This document shows, piece after piece, positions 11,361 through 21,239 of a stretch of DNA of 64,000 nucleotides (position 1 is its first letter; the number at the start of each line of letters is the position of its first letter). The position numbers and the translations under genes are program-made. Source of the stretch: Thermodesulfovibrionales bacterium (GTDB lineage: Bacteria; Nitrospirota; Thermodesulfovibrionia; Thermodesulfovibrionales; SM23-35); the NCBI GenBank assembly GCA_963715195.1, contig CAVQRT010000006.1, positions 31,543 to 95,542 on the forward strand. The letters are read 5' to 3'. Below the pieces are notes generated by a model. It did not search any database. It was not told the origin of the DNA and saw only the letters and a program-made list of their open reading frames with translations.

Positions 11361-12035
11361 ATGGAAAAAAGACTGTTATTGGATATCGATTATTCGAAAG
11401 CATCCCCGGTTCTGATAGAATTAATCCTTGAAGAAGCTTCAGAGCCTGCTCTTTTCGAAGAGATAGCGCAGGCGAATATGCAGAGACCAGAGATTCTTCA
11501 TATTCTCATGCACCATCCGGGCACTCCACATGAAGTGAGAGAGCCCATAGCCGGCATCCTCCGCCTTCCGGTTAAACCGAAAACCGAAATCGCAGAAGTC
11601 CGGAAAACACCTGAGGAGAGGTCGCAAACGATACTGCAGAGAATTCAGAGACTCAGCGTCTCCGAGAGAATTCAACTTGCTTTCAAGGGGGGAAAGGAGA
11701 TCAGAACAATCCTTCTGCGTGATCCGAACAAGGAAGTCTCACTGACTGTCCTGGATAATCCGAAACTGACGGACACGGAGGTCGAATTGGTCGCAAAGTC
11801 ACGCTCGATACCGGATGAAGCGCTGCGAAAGATAGCAAAAAAGAAGGAATGGATGAAAAATTATCATATCATCATGGCGCTGGTGACGAATCCGAAAACA
11901 CCCGCGGGAATTTCCATTCCCCTTGTCTCTGATATTAAGACGAAAGACCTTGCACTTCTCGGAAAGAACAAGAATGTTTCTGAGGGGGTACGATCAATTG
12001 CCAAAAAAATATTCAGGGCCCGTCAGGCTCATTAA
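11361..12035 (+). CDS. Conserved hypothetical helical-repeat protein
   Basis: Long ORF with AGGT RBS; recurring NP/HP..TP helix-turn motifs (LRV/HEAT-like). Confidence 0.75.
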   Translation: MEKRLLLDIDYSKASPVLIELILEEASEPALFEEIAQANMQRPEILHILMHHPGTPHEVREPIAGILRLPVKPKTEIAEVRKTPEERSQTILQRIQRLSVSERIQLAFKGGKEIRTILLRDPNKEVSLTVLDNPKLTDTEVELVAKSRSIPDEALRKIAKKKEWMKNYHIIMALVTNPKTPAGISIPLVSDIKTKDLALLGKNKNVSEGVRSIAKKIFRARQAH

Positions 12036-12144
12036 AACAGGAAAATCTGTTGAAAATTCGGAACAAATACCGTTAAATAAAAAACTTGTAATTATCCATT
12101 GAGAGATTCCGATAGAAAGTGAAACAGAAGTCCATACATTTAAA

Positions 12145-12260
12145 TATACTCTAATGAATTTGTCATTCCCGCTTGTCGGGAATCCTTCCGAAAAGCAAGA
12201 AAGATTCTGGTCAAGCCGGAATGACAGACTCAGTGACTGAAAATAACTTGATAAAGCATA
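12145..12260. mobile_element. REP-doublet / MITE-like element
   Basis: TGTCATTCC (12161) ... GGAATGACA (12226) perfect inverted ends; inner hairpins ATTCCCG-CTTGT-CGGGAAT and ATTCTGG-TCAAG-CCGGAAT; imperfect outer inverted repeats TATACTCTAATGAATT / AACTTGATAAAGCATA. Confidence 0.7.
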
Positions 12261-12264
12261 TTTT

Positions 12265-13428
12265 ATGCTGAGGACATTCAAAGTAGACAAGGCTCATGCA
12301 GGGATTGTCCCTGAATCAACCCTTTTCAAGACGTTGAGGTATCTCGACAGAGAGCGGGTGGAAACCCCTTTTCTCCTCATAGACAAGGATAAGGTGCGGG
12401 AGAAGACGTCCCTGATCGGACGCCGTATAAAGAATTCCCGGATATTCTATGCAGTAAAGGCGAATCCGGATATCGCCATACTCAGGTACCTCAATACGCT
12501 GAAGATGAATTTTGAAATTGCATCGGAAGGTGAACTGGAAATTGTATCTTCAATCGGAGTAAAACCTTCGCGGATCATATCGAGCAACCCCGTGAAGTCG
12601 TTGAAATTTTTGCGGATGGCAGCGATAAAAGGCATCTGTTTCTTTTCTTTCGATTCTGAAGAAGAGGTCAACAAGCTTGCAGAATTCATTCCGCATGCAA
12701 ACGTATACATCCGGCTCTCTGTTCCCAACGAAGGAAGCGAATGGCCGCTCAGCAAGAAATTCGGTGTTGAACTTGATGAGGCTCTGGACCTTCTCTCGTA
12801 TGCAAAAGACAAAGCGCTCAACCCGGTCGGTATTACCTTTCATGTCGGCTCCCAGTGCACCAATATCTACAGCTGGAATATTGCACTGGATAAGGCGAAG
12901 GTGCTGTGGGACCTTGCAGAAAGGAAGGGTATCCCCTTGCAGATTCTGAATATCGGGGGAGGGTACCCGATACGCTATACCAAGCAGGTTATCGGGATCG
13001 AAGCAATAGAAAAAAATGTCAATAGTCTTATCTTCGAACGGTTTCCGGGGGATATACACGTTCACATTGAACCGGGAAGAGCGGTTGTTGGTGATGCGGG
13101 GATACTAGTTACCACGGTTATCGGCAAGGCACGGAGAGGGGATGAAAACTGGGTTTATCTCGATGCGGGTGTTTTCAACGGACTGATGGAAAGCGTGGGC
13201 GGTATTAAGTACAGTTACCTTGTCGAGGGCAGTGAACAGGCAAGAGCACGGAAGGATTGGACGATAGCCGGACCCAGCTGCGACAGTTTCGATGTCATCG
13301 ACAAGAATGTTAAACTACCGGAGCCAACGATCGGCAGCCTCATGCTTATCCTGTCGAGTGGTGCTTATACCGTTTCCTATGCTTCAGAATTCAATGGATT
13401 TTCGATACCGAAAACAATTCTTGTATAG
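12265..13428 (+). CDS. Fold-type III PLP ornithine (ornithine/lysine) decarboxylase
   Basis: FYAVKANP (PLP lysine), KFG, FHVGSQ, NIGGGY, EPGR, GPSCDSFD, GAY; start uncertain. Confidence 0.9.
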   Translation: MLRTFKVDKAHAGIVPESTLFKTLRYLDRERVETPFLLIDKDKVREKTSLIGRRIKNSRIFYAVKANPDIAILRYLNTLKMNFEIASEGELEIVSSIGVKPSRIISSNPVKSLKFLRMAAIKGICFFSFDSEEEVNKLAEFIPHANVYIRLSVPNEGSEWPLSKKFGVELDEALDLLSYAKDKALNPVGITFHVGSQCTNIYSWNIALDKAKVLWDLAERKGIPLQILNIGGGYPIRYTKQVIGIEAIEKNVNSLIFERFPGDIHVHIEPGRAVVGDAGILVTTVIGKARRGDENWVYLDAGVFNGLMESVGGIKYSYLVEGSEQARARKDWTIAGPSCDSFDVIDKNVKLPEPTIGSLMLILSSGAYTVSYASEFNGFSIPKTILV

Positions 13429-13439
13429 AGAGGTGGACA

Positions 13440-14279
13440 ATGATTAAATTTACTGAAAGGGCTCCGTATGCGCCGGTGGAATACCAGTATGACGTTGAAG
13501 AGATTCTCTACAAGGGTAAGAGCGCTTATCAGGAGATTATGGTTATCAGAAATCCCTATTACGGGAAGATGCTGATACTGGACGACGTTGTCCAGATGAC
13601 AGAACGGGATGAATTTTTCTACCATGAGATGTTAACTCATGTTGTCTTGCATGCCCATCCGGGCCCGAAGAAAGTTATAGTTATCGGGGGGGGGGACGGA
13701 GGTGTTGTGAGAGAGGTTCTGAAACACAAAACCATCGAAAAAGTCTTCTTTGTGGAAATCGATGAGGAAGTGATCAATATCTCAAGGAAATTTTTTCCGA
13801 ATGTGTCTTCTGGTGTCGACGATCCCCGTGTCGAAATCAAGATTATGGATGGCGCGGATTTTGTGGCCAGAAGGAAGGCTTCCGACATAGATGCCGTTAT
13901 CATCGATTCTACAGATATTATCGGTTTTGCACGGAGTCTTTTTACCCCCGCATTTTTTACAGCAGTCAGGAATTGCCTTTCAGATCAGGGTATGTTTGTG
14001 ACCCATACCGAGTCACTTCACTTTCACAAGGATATGGTTATTGAAATTCAGGAAGCACTGAAAAAAATTTTCCCGCTTGTTGATCTCTATACTGCTGCCA
14101 TTGCTACCTATCCAGGCAACTGGTGGGCGTTCGCAATTGCGTCCAAAGGAGTGTCCCCTCGTGAGGTGAGGAACAAAAGAAAAATAAAAGCAAGATATTA
14201 CAGCACTGAAGTCCATCAGCAATCATTCATGCCCCGGGAATTGTATGAAAAGCTTATGAAAAGGAAACTGGAATGGTAA
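13440..14279 (+). CDS. speE: Spermidine synthase
   Basis: DEFFYHEM, GGGDGG, VEIDE, IIDSTD motifs; AGAGGT RBS. Confidence 0.92.
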   Translation: MIKFTERAPYAPVEYQYDVEEILYKGKSAYQEIMVIRNPYYGKMLILDDVVQMTERDEFFYHEMLTHVVLHAHPGPKKVIVIGGGDGGVVREVLKHKTIEKVFFVEIDEEVINISRKFFPNVSSGVDDPRVEIKIMDGADFVARRKASDIDAVIIDSTDIIGFARSLFTPAFFTAVRNCLSDQGMFVTHTESLHFHKDMVIEIQEALKKIFPLVDLYTAAIATYPGNWWAFAIASKGVSPREVRNKRKIKARYYSTEVHQQSFMPRELYEKLMKRKLEW

Positions 14280-14285
14280 TGAATT

Positions 14286-15170
14286 ATGAAGCGTAATCAG
14301 GCGACCGAAGCCTGGTTTATCGATGAGAATAGCCCGTATCACTGGATTTACCATCGCATAAAGAAGCATGTTGTTTCTGTCAGAACACCATTTCAGCATG
14401 TCGATATTCTTGATACCTATGAATACGGACGTATGGTGGTTCTCGACGGGCAGATCCAGTCTGCTGAGTCGGACGAGTTCATCTACCATGAGATCCTTGT
14501 CCATCCGGCCATGATAACGCATCCGAAACCTGTTCATATCCTGATCCTCGGGGCTGGTGAAGGTGCAACGCTCCGGGAGGTTCTCAGGCATCCAACTGTA
14601 GGGAGAGTTGTTATGATCGACATCGACAGGGACTTTGTGAGACTCTGTAAAAGATATTTAAAAAAATGGCATAGGGGGTCGTTTACAAACCAGAAAGTCG
14701 AACTGGTCTATGATGATGCTATTGCCTATCTCCAGAAGACCACAGACAAATTTGATGTGATCATCGCTGATATCAGCGACCCTGCTGATAATGGTCCCGC
14801 TCATTCGATCTATACGGAAAAATTCTATGCCCTGATCAAAAAAGCGTTGATGTCCGACGGGATCTTCGTCACACACACGACTACTGTTTATTATGTTCCG
14901 CATAAAAATTATTCCTCCGGGATTATGAAAAAACTCCTGAGAATATTTCCGAATGTCGATCCATATTACGAATATATTCCGAGTTTCGGGACCTTATGGT
15001 CCTACGCAACCGGTTCTTCTAAGTACAGTCCGAAGGCGATATCCGCAAAACTCATTAAACAGAGAATGAGAATGAGGGGAATCAAAAACCTTTCCTATTA
15101 CACCCCCGAAATGCATAAAAGATTATTCATAATGCCACCCTGCCTGAAAAAGAATCTCCCATTCGATTAA
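14286..15170 (+). CDS. Second polyamine aminopropyltransferase (Thermus SpeE / thermospermine-synthase-like)
   Basis: DEFIYHE, GAGEGATLREVLRH, DID, WHRG, ADISDP. Confidence 0.85.
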   Translation: MKRNQATEAWFIDENSPYHWIYHRIKKHVVSVRTPFQHVDILDTYEYGRMVVLDGQIQSAESDEFIYHEILVHPAMITHPKPVHILILGAGEGATLREVLRHPTVGRVVMIDIDRDFVRLCKRYLKKWHRGSFTNQKVELVYDDAIAYLQKTTDKFDVIIADISDPADNGPAHSIYTEKFYALIKKALMSDGIFVTHTTTVYYVPHKNYSSGIMKKLLRIFPNVDPYYEYIPSFGTLWSYATGSSKYSPKAISAKLIKQRMRMRGIKNLSYYTPEMHKRLFIMPPCLKKNLPFD

Positions 15171-15221
15171 GACGATATATGATATAATGAAGATTATTGG
15201 TCAGCAGGAGGTCTCGCGGAG

Positions 15222-15530
15222 ATGCCGATTTATGAATATGTATGTGATGACTGTGGTAAGCAGCGTGAAGTGATACAAAAAATTACTGATCAGCCGTTAA
15301 GGACCTGCCCCGATTGCGGGGGGAAGGTACATAAGCTTATATCACAAACGTCTTTTGTTTTAAAAGGAAATGGCTGGTATGTGACCGATTATGCCTCACC
15401 GGAAAGGAAAAAGGCGCAGGAGGCTGATGCGCCTGTTTGTTCAAAGAAACAGGAGAAAACAGATATAAGGACAGAGGGGAAGGCGGAGACAAAGGCAGAA
15501 TCCCACGCAGGGACGGTATCCAAGAGCTAG
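15222..15530 (+). CDS. FmdB family zinc-ribbon protein
   Basis: [39 protein letters not shown]. Confidence 0.9.
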   Translation: MPIYEYVCDDCGKQREVIQKITDQPLRTCPDCGGKVHKLISQTSFVLKGNGWYVTDYASPERKKAQEADAPVCSKKQEKTDIRTEGKAETKAESHAGTVSKS

Positions 15531-16285
15531 TGGTCAATCCGCACGTTCATGTCCCCTTTGACAGGGTGGGGCAGTATCTCGGGTTTATTAACGACAAAAG
15601 AGTCAATCTTGAGCTTTATTTCCCGTCGACGGTCATTGATTCCGTCAGGAGTACTGACCTCATTCATTTCAAAAAGACTCTGAACTATACACCTGCTCTG
15701 AGCATTCATGCACCTTTTATGGATCTGTCCCCGGGTGCCGTTGATCCCAAGATCCGAGCAGTTACCATTGAGCGGTTCCTTCAGATTTTCGATATTGCTG
15801 AAATTCTTGAGCCGAAATCGATTGTGTTTCACTCAGGATATGAGAAATGGAAATATGCCTTGGATGTGAACCTCTGGCTGGAAAAAAGTCTGAAGACATG
15901 GCCGGTCCTTATAAGAAAAGCCGTTGACAGGAATATCAAAATTGTTATCGAGAATGTCTTTGAAGATGAACCGGGCAATTTACGCCTGCTGATGGAGAAC
16001 ATAGGGTCCGATCATTTCGGACTGTGCTTCGATACCGGACATTGCAACCTTTTCTCAACCGTTCCACTCGATGAGTGGATGGAACAACTGAAGCCCTACA
16101 TTCTTGAATTGCATCTCCACGACAATAGCAGGGCAGCCGACGACCACATGGCTGTAGGAGATGGAACGTTTGATTTTAATCTGCTCTTTTCATCATTGAA
16201 AGGCCGCGACATGATCTATACTATTGAAGGGCATACCCCTGAAGATGTCACGAAAAGCATGCAGAAACTGAATGAGTATCTATAG
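15530..16285 (+). CDS. Sugar phosphate isomerase/epimerase / AP-endonuclease-2 TIM barrel protein
   Basis: SIHAPF, IENV, CFDTGH, LHLHDN, DDHM metal motifs; GTG 15530 overlapping the upstream stop. Confidence 0.85.
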   Translation: MVNPHVHVPFDRVGQYLGFINDKRVNLELYFPSTVIDSVRSTDLIHFKKTLNYTPALSIHAPFMDLSPGAVDPKIRAVTIERFLQIFDIAEILEPKSIVFHSGYEKWKYALDVNLWLEKSLKTWPVLIRKAVDRNIKIVIENVFEDEPGNLRLLMENIGSDHFGLCFDTGHCNLFSTVPLDEWMEQLKPYILELHLHDNSRAADDHMAVGDGTFDFNLLFSSLKGRDMIYTIEGHTPEDVTKSMQKLNEYL

Positions 16286-17416
16286 TGTCCCCGCCTGATT
16301 TCTCATGGAAAAGCCTTGCATCTGTGGATACCCTCTCCCTTTGTATTGCACCATCACCTTATGGGTTTCACCGAGAGTGCCGGGAAAAATCAATCTCTTG
16401 ATGCGGGCAACCTCGAAGAGATAGTCCGCAGAGTTCTTTAGAAGATTTTGAATCTCCCGGTCGATTCCGAGTGATATCAGATACGTTCCCTGGCGGCAGA
16501 ATCCGATGGTCTGAAATCCCACACACTCGCCCCATTTCTTGACCGATGAGAAATTGACATGAGCGGTTATGTCCTGATGACCGATATTTATATAGGGATT
16601 TTCATGGACCTGATGTTGAAAGTAACAGAGCAGGGTGCCCCTGTTGCGATCCTCACTGTAATATTCAAGTGCAGGGTAGCCATAATCAACGGTAAGAATG
16701 AACCCCTCCGACAGGACATCAGCGGCTGAGCGTAACCATTCCTTAATTCCGAGATTAATTTCAGTTTTGTATCCCTTCGGGAGTTGTATCGCGAATTCTT
16801 GCAAGTAATCAATCAGGGAATCTGTGTGGGGATTGCGGTTCACTTCCTGAAAAGGAGGCGTTGATTGCCCACCTTGTCTGTTCAGATCAAGGTAAATTTC
16901 CCTGAGTTCCTCTTCCATCTCTATCAGGTGAACCGGGAAAGCATCGAGGAGTTCATTCGAGAGGATGCACCCCTTTCTCCTTCCCGCCTGCTCCAGGGAA
17001 GAAATCCATCTGACCTTGCCCGCATATTTATTGAGGACACTCCTCTGCTTCAGGATTACTGAGGGATTTGTCTCCACAATCAGATAGGTGAATGAGGAAA
17101 AAAAGTCACGGTTCTGAAGATAATGCAGGATATCCAGGCACATGAGTCCAGCCCCGGCGCCGGGCTCGATCGCAGAAAAGTCTGAAGGTCTTCCTAGGAG
17201 TTCCCACATCTCTTCGATTTGTCTGGCAATCATTGCGCCGAATACAGGATGAACATGCTGGCTTGTGTAAAAATCGCCAGCCTTGCCGATCTCGATATGT
17301 TCCGACGCATAATATCCGAGTCCGGGTTCATAAAGTGCCATATGCATGAACGTTTCAAAGGAAATCGGCCCTTCCGTTTTGATCTTGTCGATAATCTTTT
17401 TTTCAAGCAGATTCAT
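16280..17416 (-). CDS. MidA/NDUFAF7-family SAM-dependent methyltransferase
   Basis: GYY..IGKAGDFYTS, EPGAGAG, SNELLDAFP, DYG, QDITAHVNF. Confidence 0.9.
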   Translation of the reverse strand: MNLLEKKIIDKIKTEGPISFETFMHMALYEPGLGYYASEHIEIGKAGDFYTSQHVHPVFGAMIARQIEEMWELLGRPSDFSAIEPGAGAGLMCLDILHYLQNRDFFSSFTYLIVETNPSVILKQRSVLNKYAGKVRWISSLEQAGRRKGCILSNELLDAFPVHLIEMEEELREIYLDLNRQGGQSTPPFQEVNRNPHTDSLIDYLQEFAIQLPKGYKTEINLGIKEWLRSAADVLSEGFILTVDYGYPALEYYSEDRNRGTLLCYFQHQVHENPYINIGHQDITAHVNFSSVKKWGECVGFQTIGFCRQGTYLISLGIDREIQNLLKNSADYLFEVARIKRLIFPGTLGETHKVMVQYKGRGYPQMQGFSMRNQAGTL

Positions 17417-17535
17417 CGTCGCTATACATTTTCTCTGAAACAGCAGGTGTATATCAAGATGCCGGCTGGTTTGGGCATTTCGCCATAGTATTTACAAAGA
17501 TTACAAGACGAAGAGTTTGTTGTGAATGACGTGTT

Positions 17536-18618
17536 TTAAAGTACTTTTGACGGTTCTTTATGACTGGTTGAGAGTTTCAAAGACGGGAGCTTCAGTTTGA
17601 CGACCTTGCCTTTTTCTCCGAGAGGCCCGATATCTTGTCCGTTAAATATTATTTTCGTTCCGCCTGCATTACCAATTCTGAGAGAAAAACCACTTTTAGC
17701 CGTCCATTTTACACGAGCACCCGGTTTCAGTAACCTTTCCCTTGATTCCCTGTCATCGATGGTGACGGAAATCCAGGTTTCTTCGTTAGCGATAAGTTCA
17801 AGAGTATGGGAGGATGACTGTTGAATGACCGGATACGCTTTCTCATTTTTGTGAGGGTCTTCTACCTGGTTTCTCTGTTCTTGCTCAGTTCCTTGAACGG
17901 TATCATTCGGAATCACTCTTTCATCTGATTCTGCTGTTGCTTCTTTCGTGACTTCCTGAAGAACGGCAACAGGTTCATCTATCTGATTCTGTGAGGTTGT
18001 AACGGTGGCGTTGTTATTTTCATGATCCTTCCTCAGTGTCTGTAGTCTTGCGAGGATTTCCTTCAACTCGCCATCAAATCTGCTTGCGTCTGCTTCCAAT
18101 GCCCTCATTTTTATCTTTTCTTCTTCCAGCAGAAATCTGAGATTATCCCTCTCTTCGGTAATCTGTGTCAGAATTTTATCTGTCCGTGCTTTTTCATTCC
18201 TGAGCGCCTGAATTTCCGAGTCAATCTTTTCAATTGCGGTCTTTGTTTCTTTTCCTGCATCAGGAGTGTTTATCGTCTCCAATTCTCTCTCTGCATACAT
18301 GATAAACGGGCTGTCAGGGATTTCCTGCTTGAGTTTCGAAAAAATCTGTTTTGCCTCTTCATAACGCCGAAGCGACACGAATGACCTCCCGAGCCAGAAC
18401 AGAGCAGCGTCTTTGGCAGAGCTGTCCGGGAACTCATTCAAGAAAACATGAAAGCTTTCCACGGCTTTTTCAGGCTCGTAGGAGAGGTAATATCCATATC
18501 CCTGATCAAAAAGGGCTAACTCCTCCTGAGACGCATACGTATGAATCGCTGCAAGAAAGACTGCGAAAATGATTACTATTGCGGCAGTTCCGGATTTCTT
18601 AAGAAAATGTGTTCCCAT
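17536..18618 (-). CDS. Exported TPR + coiled-coil + RodZ C-terminal (DUF4115-like) protein
   Basis: Signal peptide; BamD/CpoB-like TPR (FLNEFPDS..ALFWLG); coiled coil; C-terminal TWISVTID..LKPG..IGNAGG..FNG. Confidence 0.8.
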   Translation of the reverse strand: MGTHFLKKSGTAAIVIIFAVFLAAIHTYASQEELALFDQGYGYYLSYEPEKAVESFHVFLNEFPDSSAKDAALFWLGRSFVSLRRYEEAKQIFSKLKQEIPDSPFIMYAERELETINTPDAGKETKTAIEKIDSEIQALRNEKARTDKILTQITEERDNLRFLLEEEKIKMRALEADASRFDGELKEILARLQTLRKDHENNNATVTTSQNQIDEPVAVLQEVTKEATAESDERVIPNDTVQGTEQEQRNQVEDPHKNEKAYPVIQQSSSHTLELIANEETWISVTIDDRESRERLLKPGARVKWTAKSGFSLRIGNAGGTKIIFNGQDIGPLGEKGKVVKLKLPSLKLSTSHKEPSKVL

Positions 18619-18648
18619 GATCTATTAACGGAAAATATCGTCCGGTAA

Positions 18649-18668
18649 GCAATCCTACCCGGGTAGGG
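18649..18668. promoter_or_regulatory. Palindromic regulator site abutting a minus-strand -35 box
   Basis: CCTACCCGGGTAGG perfect palindrome (18654-18667); 18/20 match to 34314-34333; minus-strand TTGCTT-N17-GTTAAT follows. Confidence 0.6.
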
Positions 18669-18724
18669 CATAATGATTTGATGCAAATTCTGATATGATA
18701 AAACAATAAAAAGGAGGACAGACC

Positions 18725-19027
18725 ATGGATGTGAACACATTCTGTGGAGTGATGCAAACAGAAATCAATTCGTTAAAAGCGCGGGTCTATGACATTATGC
18801 GGTCAGTTGAAAAGACGAAGGGTAAGAAGAAAAGAGCAGATGCTGCTCAACTGACAGAATTGCACGCCCTTATCGAACACCTCTCCGAGATGAATGAGAA
18901 ACTTGCAAGGGCATGCCCGCTCGACTGGAGCAAAGAAAAGAAAGTAATAGAGGAGAAAAAGGCGGAATTGGCAGAAAAAATTGATATCTGGGATTCTGAA
19001 CACCTGGCAGGATTGGTAGATAATTAG
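18725..19027 (+). CDS. Small helical hypothetical protein
   Basis: Strong AAGGAGG RBS; amphipathic helices, CPLDWS motif. Confidence 0.8.
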   Translation: MDVNTFCGVMQTEINSLKARVYDIMRSVEKTKGKKKRADAAQLTELHALIEHLSEMNEKLARACPLDWSKEKKVIEEKKAELAEKIDIWDSEHLAGLVDN

Positions 19028-19677
19028 CCCGGACGATCAGTAATCTGTCCATCTTTTATGCAGAGCACTTCGTCGCCAAGCCGTTTGGCCTGCGCCAAAT
19101 CATGGGTTGTCATGACAATGGCCCTGCTGTCCTTGCGGATTTTACGGATGATATCTTCAATGATCTCTGTATTTTTTACATCGACAGAGGCTGTCGGCTC
19201 GTCGAGAAAGATTATCTCCGGTTCAACGACAAGTGCTCTCGCAATGCCAAGTCGCTGCGATTCGCCACTCGAAAGCGTCAGTGCATTCTGATTTTTTTTC
19301 TGCAGCAGACCGACAAAATCGAGAGCATGCTCTGCTCTTGATGCACTATCGATCTTCAGGTTTCTTATCTTCAGTCCATAGGCAACGTTTTTGTATACAC
19401 TTGTATTGAAAACGCCGATTTTGGGCAAGAGGAGAGTAATTCTTCTCATCAATGAAATGTCCTTTATGACAGGCTTGCCCTCAGAATAAAAATTGATATC
19501 ACCCGAATCAGGCGCTTCGAGAAGGGCACATATCCTGAGGAACGTCGATTTGCCGCTGCCATTCGGGCCCATAAGGACATAAATTCTACTGCTATTGAAA
19601 GTGAATGAGCAGTTTTTCAGCACGGTATCATTGCTGTAACTTTTCGAGATGTCTGAAACAACTAATTCAAGACTCAT
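19024..19677 (-). CDS. tupC: Tungstate ABC transporter ATPase
   Basis: GPNGSGKST, LSSGE, FLDEPT, TTH; follows the tupB-like permease. Confidence 0.82.
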   Translation of the reverse strand: MSLELVVSDISKSYSNDTVLKNCSFTFNSSRIYVLMGPNGSGKSTFLRICALLEAPDSGDINFYSEGKPVIKDISLMRRITLLLPKIGVFNTSVYKNVAYGLKIRNLKIDSASRAEHALDFVGLLQKKNQNALTLSSGESQRLGIARALVVEPEIIFLDEPTASVDVKNTEIIEDIIRKIRKDSRAIVMTTHDLAQAKRLGDEVLCIKDGQITDRPG

Positions 19678-20381
19678 CGTATTGTCCTGACCATTCCTTT
19701 TTTCTGAATGAGGTGCAACCCGATGTTGATCAGAAGGGAGATAATCAAGAGAATGATTCCGAGGGCAAGTGCAAGCTCGAAATTCCCTTTGTCGGTCTCA
19801 AGGGCAATTGTTGTGGTCATTACCCTGGTATATCCTGCAATATTACCTCCAACGATGAGAATGGCGCCGACCTCACCCATGGCCCTGCCAAGCCCTGCTA
19901 TAACTCCAGACAGTATACCGTACCTCGCTTCTTTGACGACAGCCAATGCAGCCTGGAAGGGAGTTGCACCGAGTGTTAGTGCAGCCCGTCTTATTATCGG
20001 ATCAACACTGATGACAGCAGAGTGACAGAGGGAAGTTACGATAGGAAATATAAGAATTGTCTGTGCCATCATCATTGCAGAAGGAGTATAGAGCAGTGCC
20101 ATAAATCCGATAGGCCCTCTTCGTGAAAGCAAAAGATACACAAAGAGTCCGACGACAACCGGAGGGAGGCCCATGAAAGTATTCGAAAGGCTTATGGCAA
20201 ATCCCCTTCCTCTGAATTTCTTTAGACCAAGGATTGAGCCTGCAGGGATACCGAGGGATGAAGCGATGAGAAGAGCAATTCCAGAAACCTCCAGGGACAG
20301 TACGATAATTCTCAGCAGTTCAGGGTCGAGATGGATGATCAGAGAAAATGCCTGAACGAAACCCTCTACCATGAAATCCAT
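19674..20381 (-). CDS. tupB: Tungstate ABC transporter permease
   Basis: MGLPPVVVGL..LSRRGP, GRAMGEVGA..GGNIAGYTRVMTT motifs of TupB. Confidence 0.88.
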   Translation of the reverse strand: MDFMVEGFVQAFSLIIHLDPELLRIIVLSLEVSGIALLIASSLGIPAGSILGLKKFRGRGFAISLSNTFMGLPPVVVGLFVYLLLSRRGPIGFMALLYTPSAMMMAQTILIFPIVTSLCHSAVISVDPIIRRAALTLGATPFQAALAVVKEARYGILSGVIAGLGRAMGEVGAILIVGGNIAGYTRVMTTTIALETDKGNFELALALGIILLIISLLINIGLHLIQKKGMVRTIR

Positions 20382-20399
20382 GAATGCGTTTAACCAGGT

Positions 20400-21218
20400 C
20401 TATTTTGCATTTGGTATAAAAAGCTGATTCCCGTTTTTATCTTTGAAAGATCCGATAGCCTGCTGGCCTTCGTTCGAGATGAGCCAGTTAATAAATTCCA
20501 TCGACTCTTTGTATTTAACATGTGTGTGCTTTTCAGGATTAACTGCCATTACTCCATACTGATTAAATAAGATGGGGTCGCCTTCAAGAACAATCATCAT
20601 CTCCAGTTTGTCCTTGTTTTTTGTTGCAAGCCAGGTACCCCTGTCCGTCAGCGTATATGCGCGTTTTTCATCCGCTATTCTCTGTGTCTTTTCCATACCC
20701 TGTCCTGCTTCGAGATACCACTTCTGGCCTTTGGGTTCTGTGCCGGCTTTTTTCCATATCGTCAGTTCTTTTGTGTGCGTTCCCGAATTGTCACCGCGTG
20801 AAACAAAGAGATTAGCGCTTTCACTCAGTTTCCGGAATGCGCCTTCTGCAGATTTCAGACCCCTGATCTTTGCAGGATCATTATCCGGGCCGATAATAAT
20901 AAAGTCATTGTACATGAGGTCATGCCTGTCGACAAAATATCCTTCCTCGACTGCCTTTAATTCCTGTTCCTTGGCATGAACCATAACCATATCTGCATCA
21001 CCCCGCTTGCCCATCTCTATTGCGGCGCCTGTCCCCCGCGCAACTACCTTAACTATAATACCTGTCTTCTTTTCAAATATCGGAAGGATATAGCTGAATA
21101 ACCCGGAATTTTCTGTGCTTGTCGTTGACGCGCAGATGATCTCATTCTCTGCTGCATTTACCCAGGTGTATGTTGTTGAAAGAATAAGTAGCATGAACGA
21201 TAAACTCATTTTTAACAT
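20400..21218 (-). CDS. tupA: Tungstate-binding periplasmic protein with signal peptide
   Basis: Signal peptide ending VNA; ASTTSTENSGL, GTG, VHA, YNDF, SRGDNSGT, LTDRGT. Confidence 0.88.
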   Translation of the reverse strand: MLKMSLSFMLLILSTTYTWVNAAENEIICASTTSTENSGLFSYILPIFEKKTGIIVKVVARGTGAAIEMGKRGDADMVMVHAKEQELKAVEEGYFVDRHDLMYNDFIIIGPDNDPAKIRGLKSAEGAFRKLSESANLFVSRGDNSGTHTKELTIWKKAGTEPKGQKWYLEAGQGMEKTQRIADEKRAYTLTDRGTWLATKNKDKLEMMIVLEGDPILFNQYGVMAVNPEKHTHVKYKESMEFINWLISNEGQQAIGSFKDKNGNQLFIPNAK

Positions 21219-21239
21219 TTTCGTTCTCCTTATGAAAAA

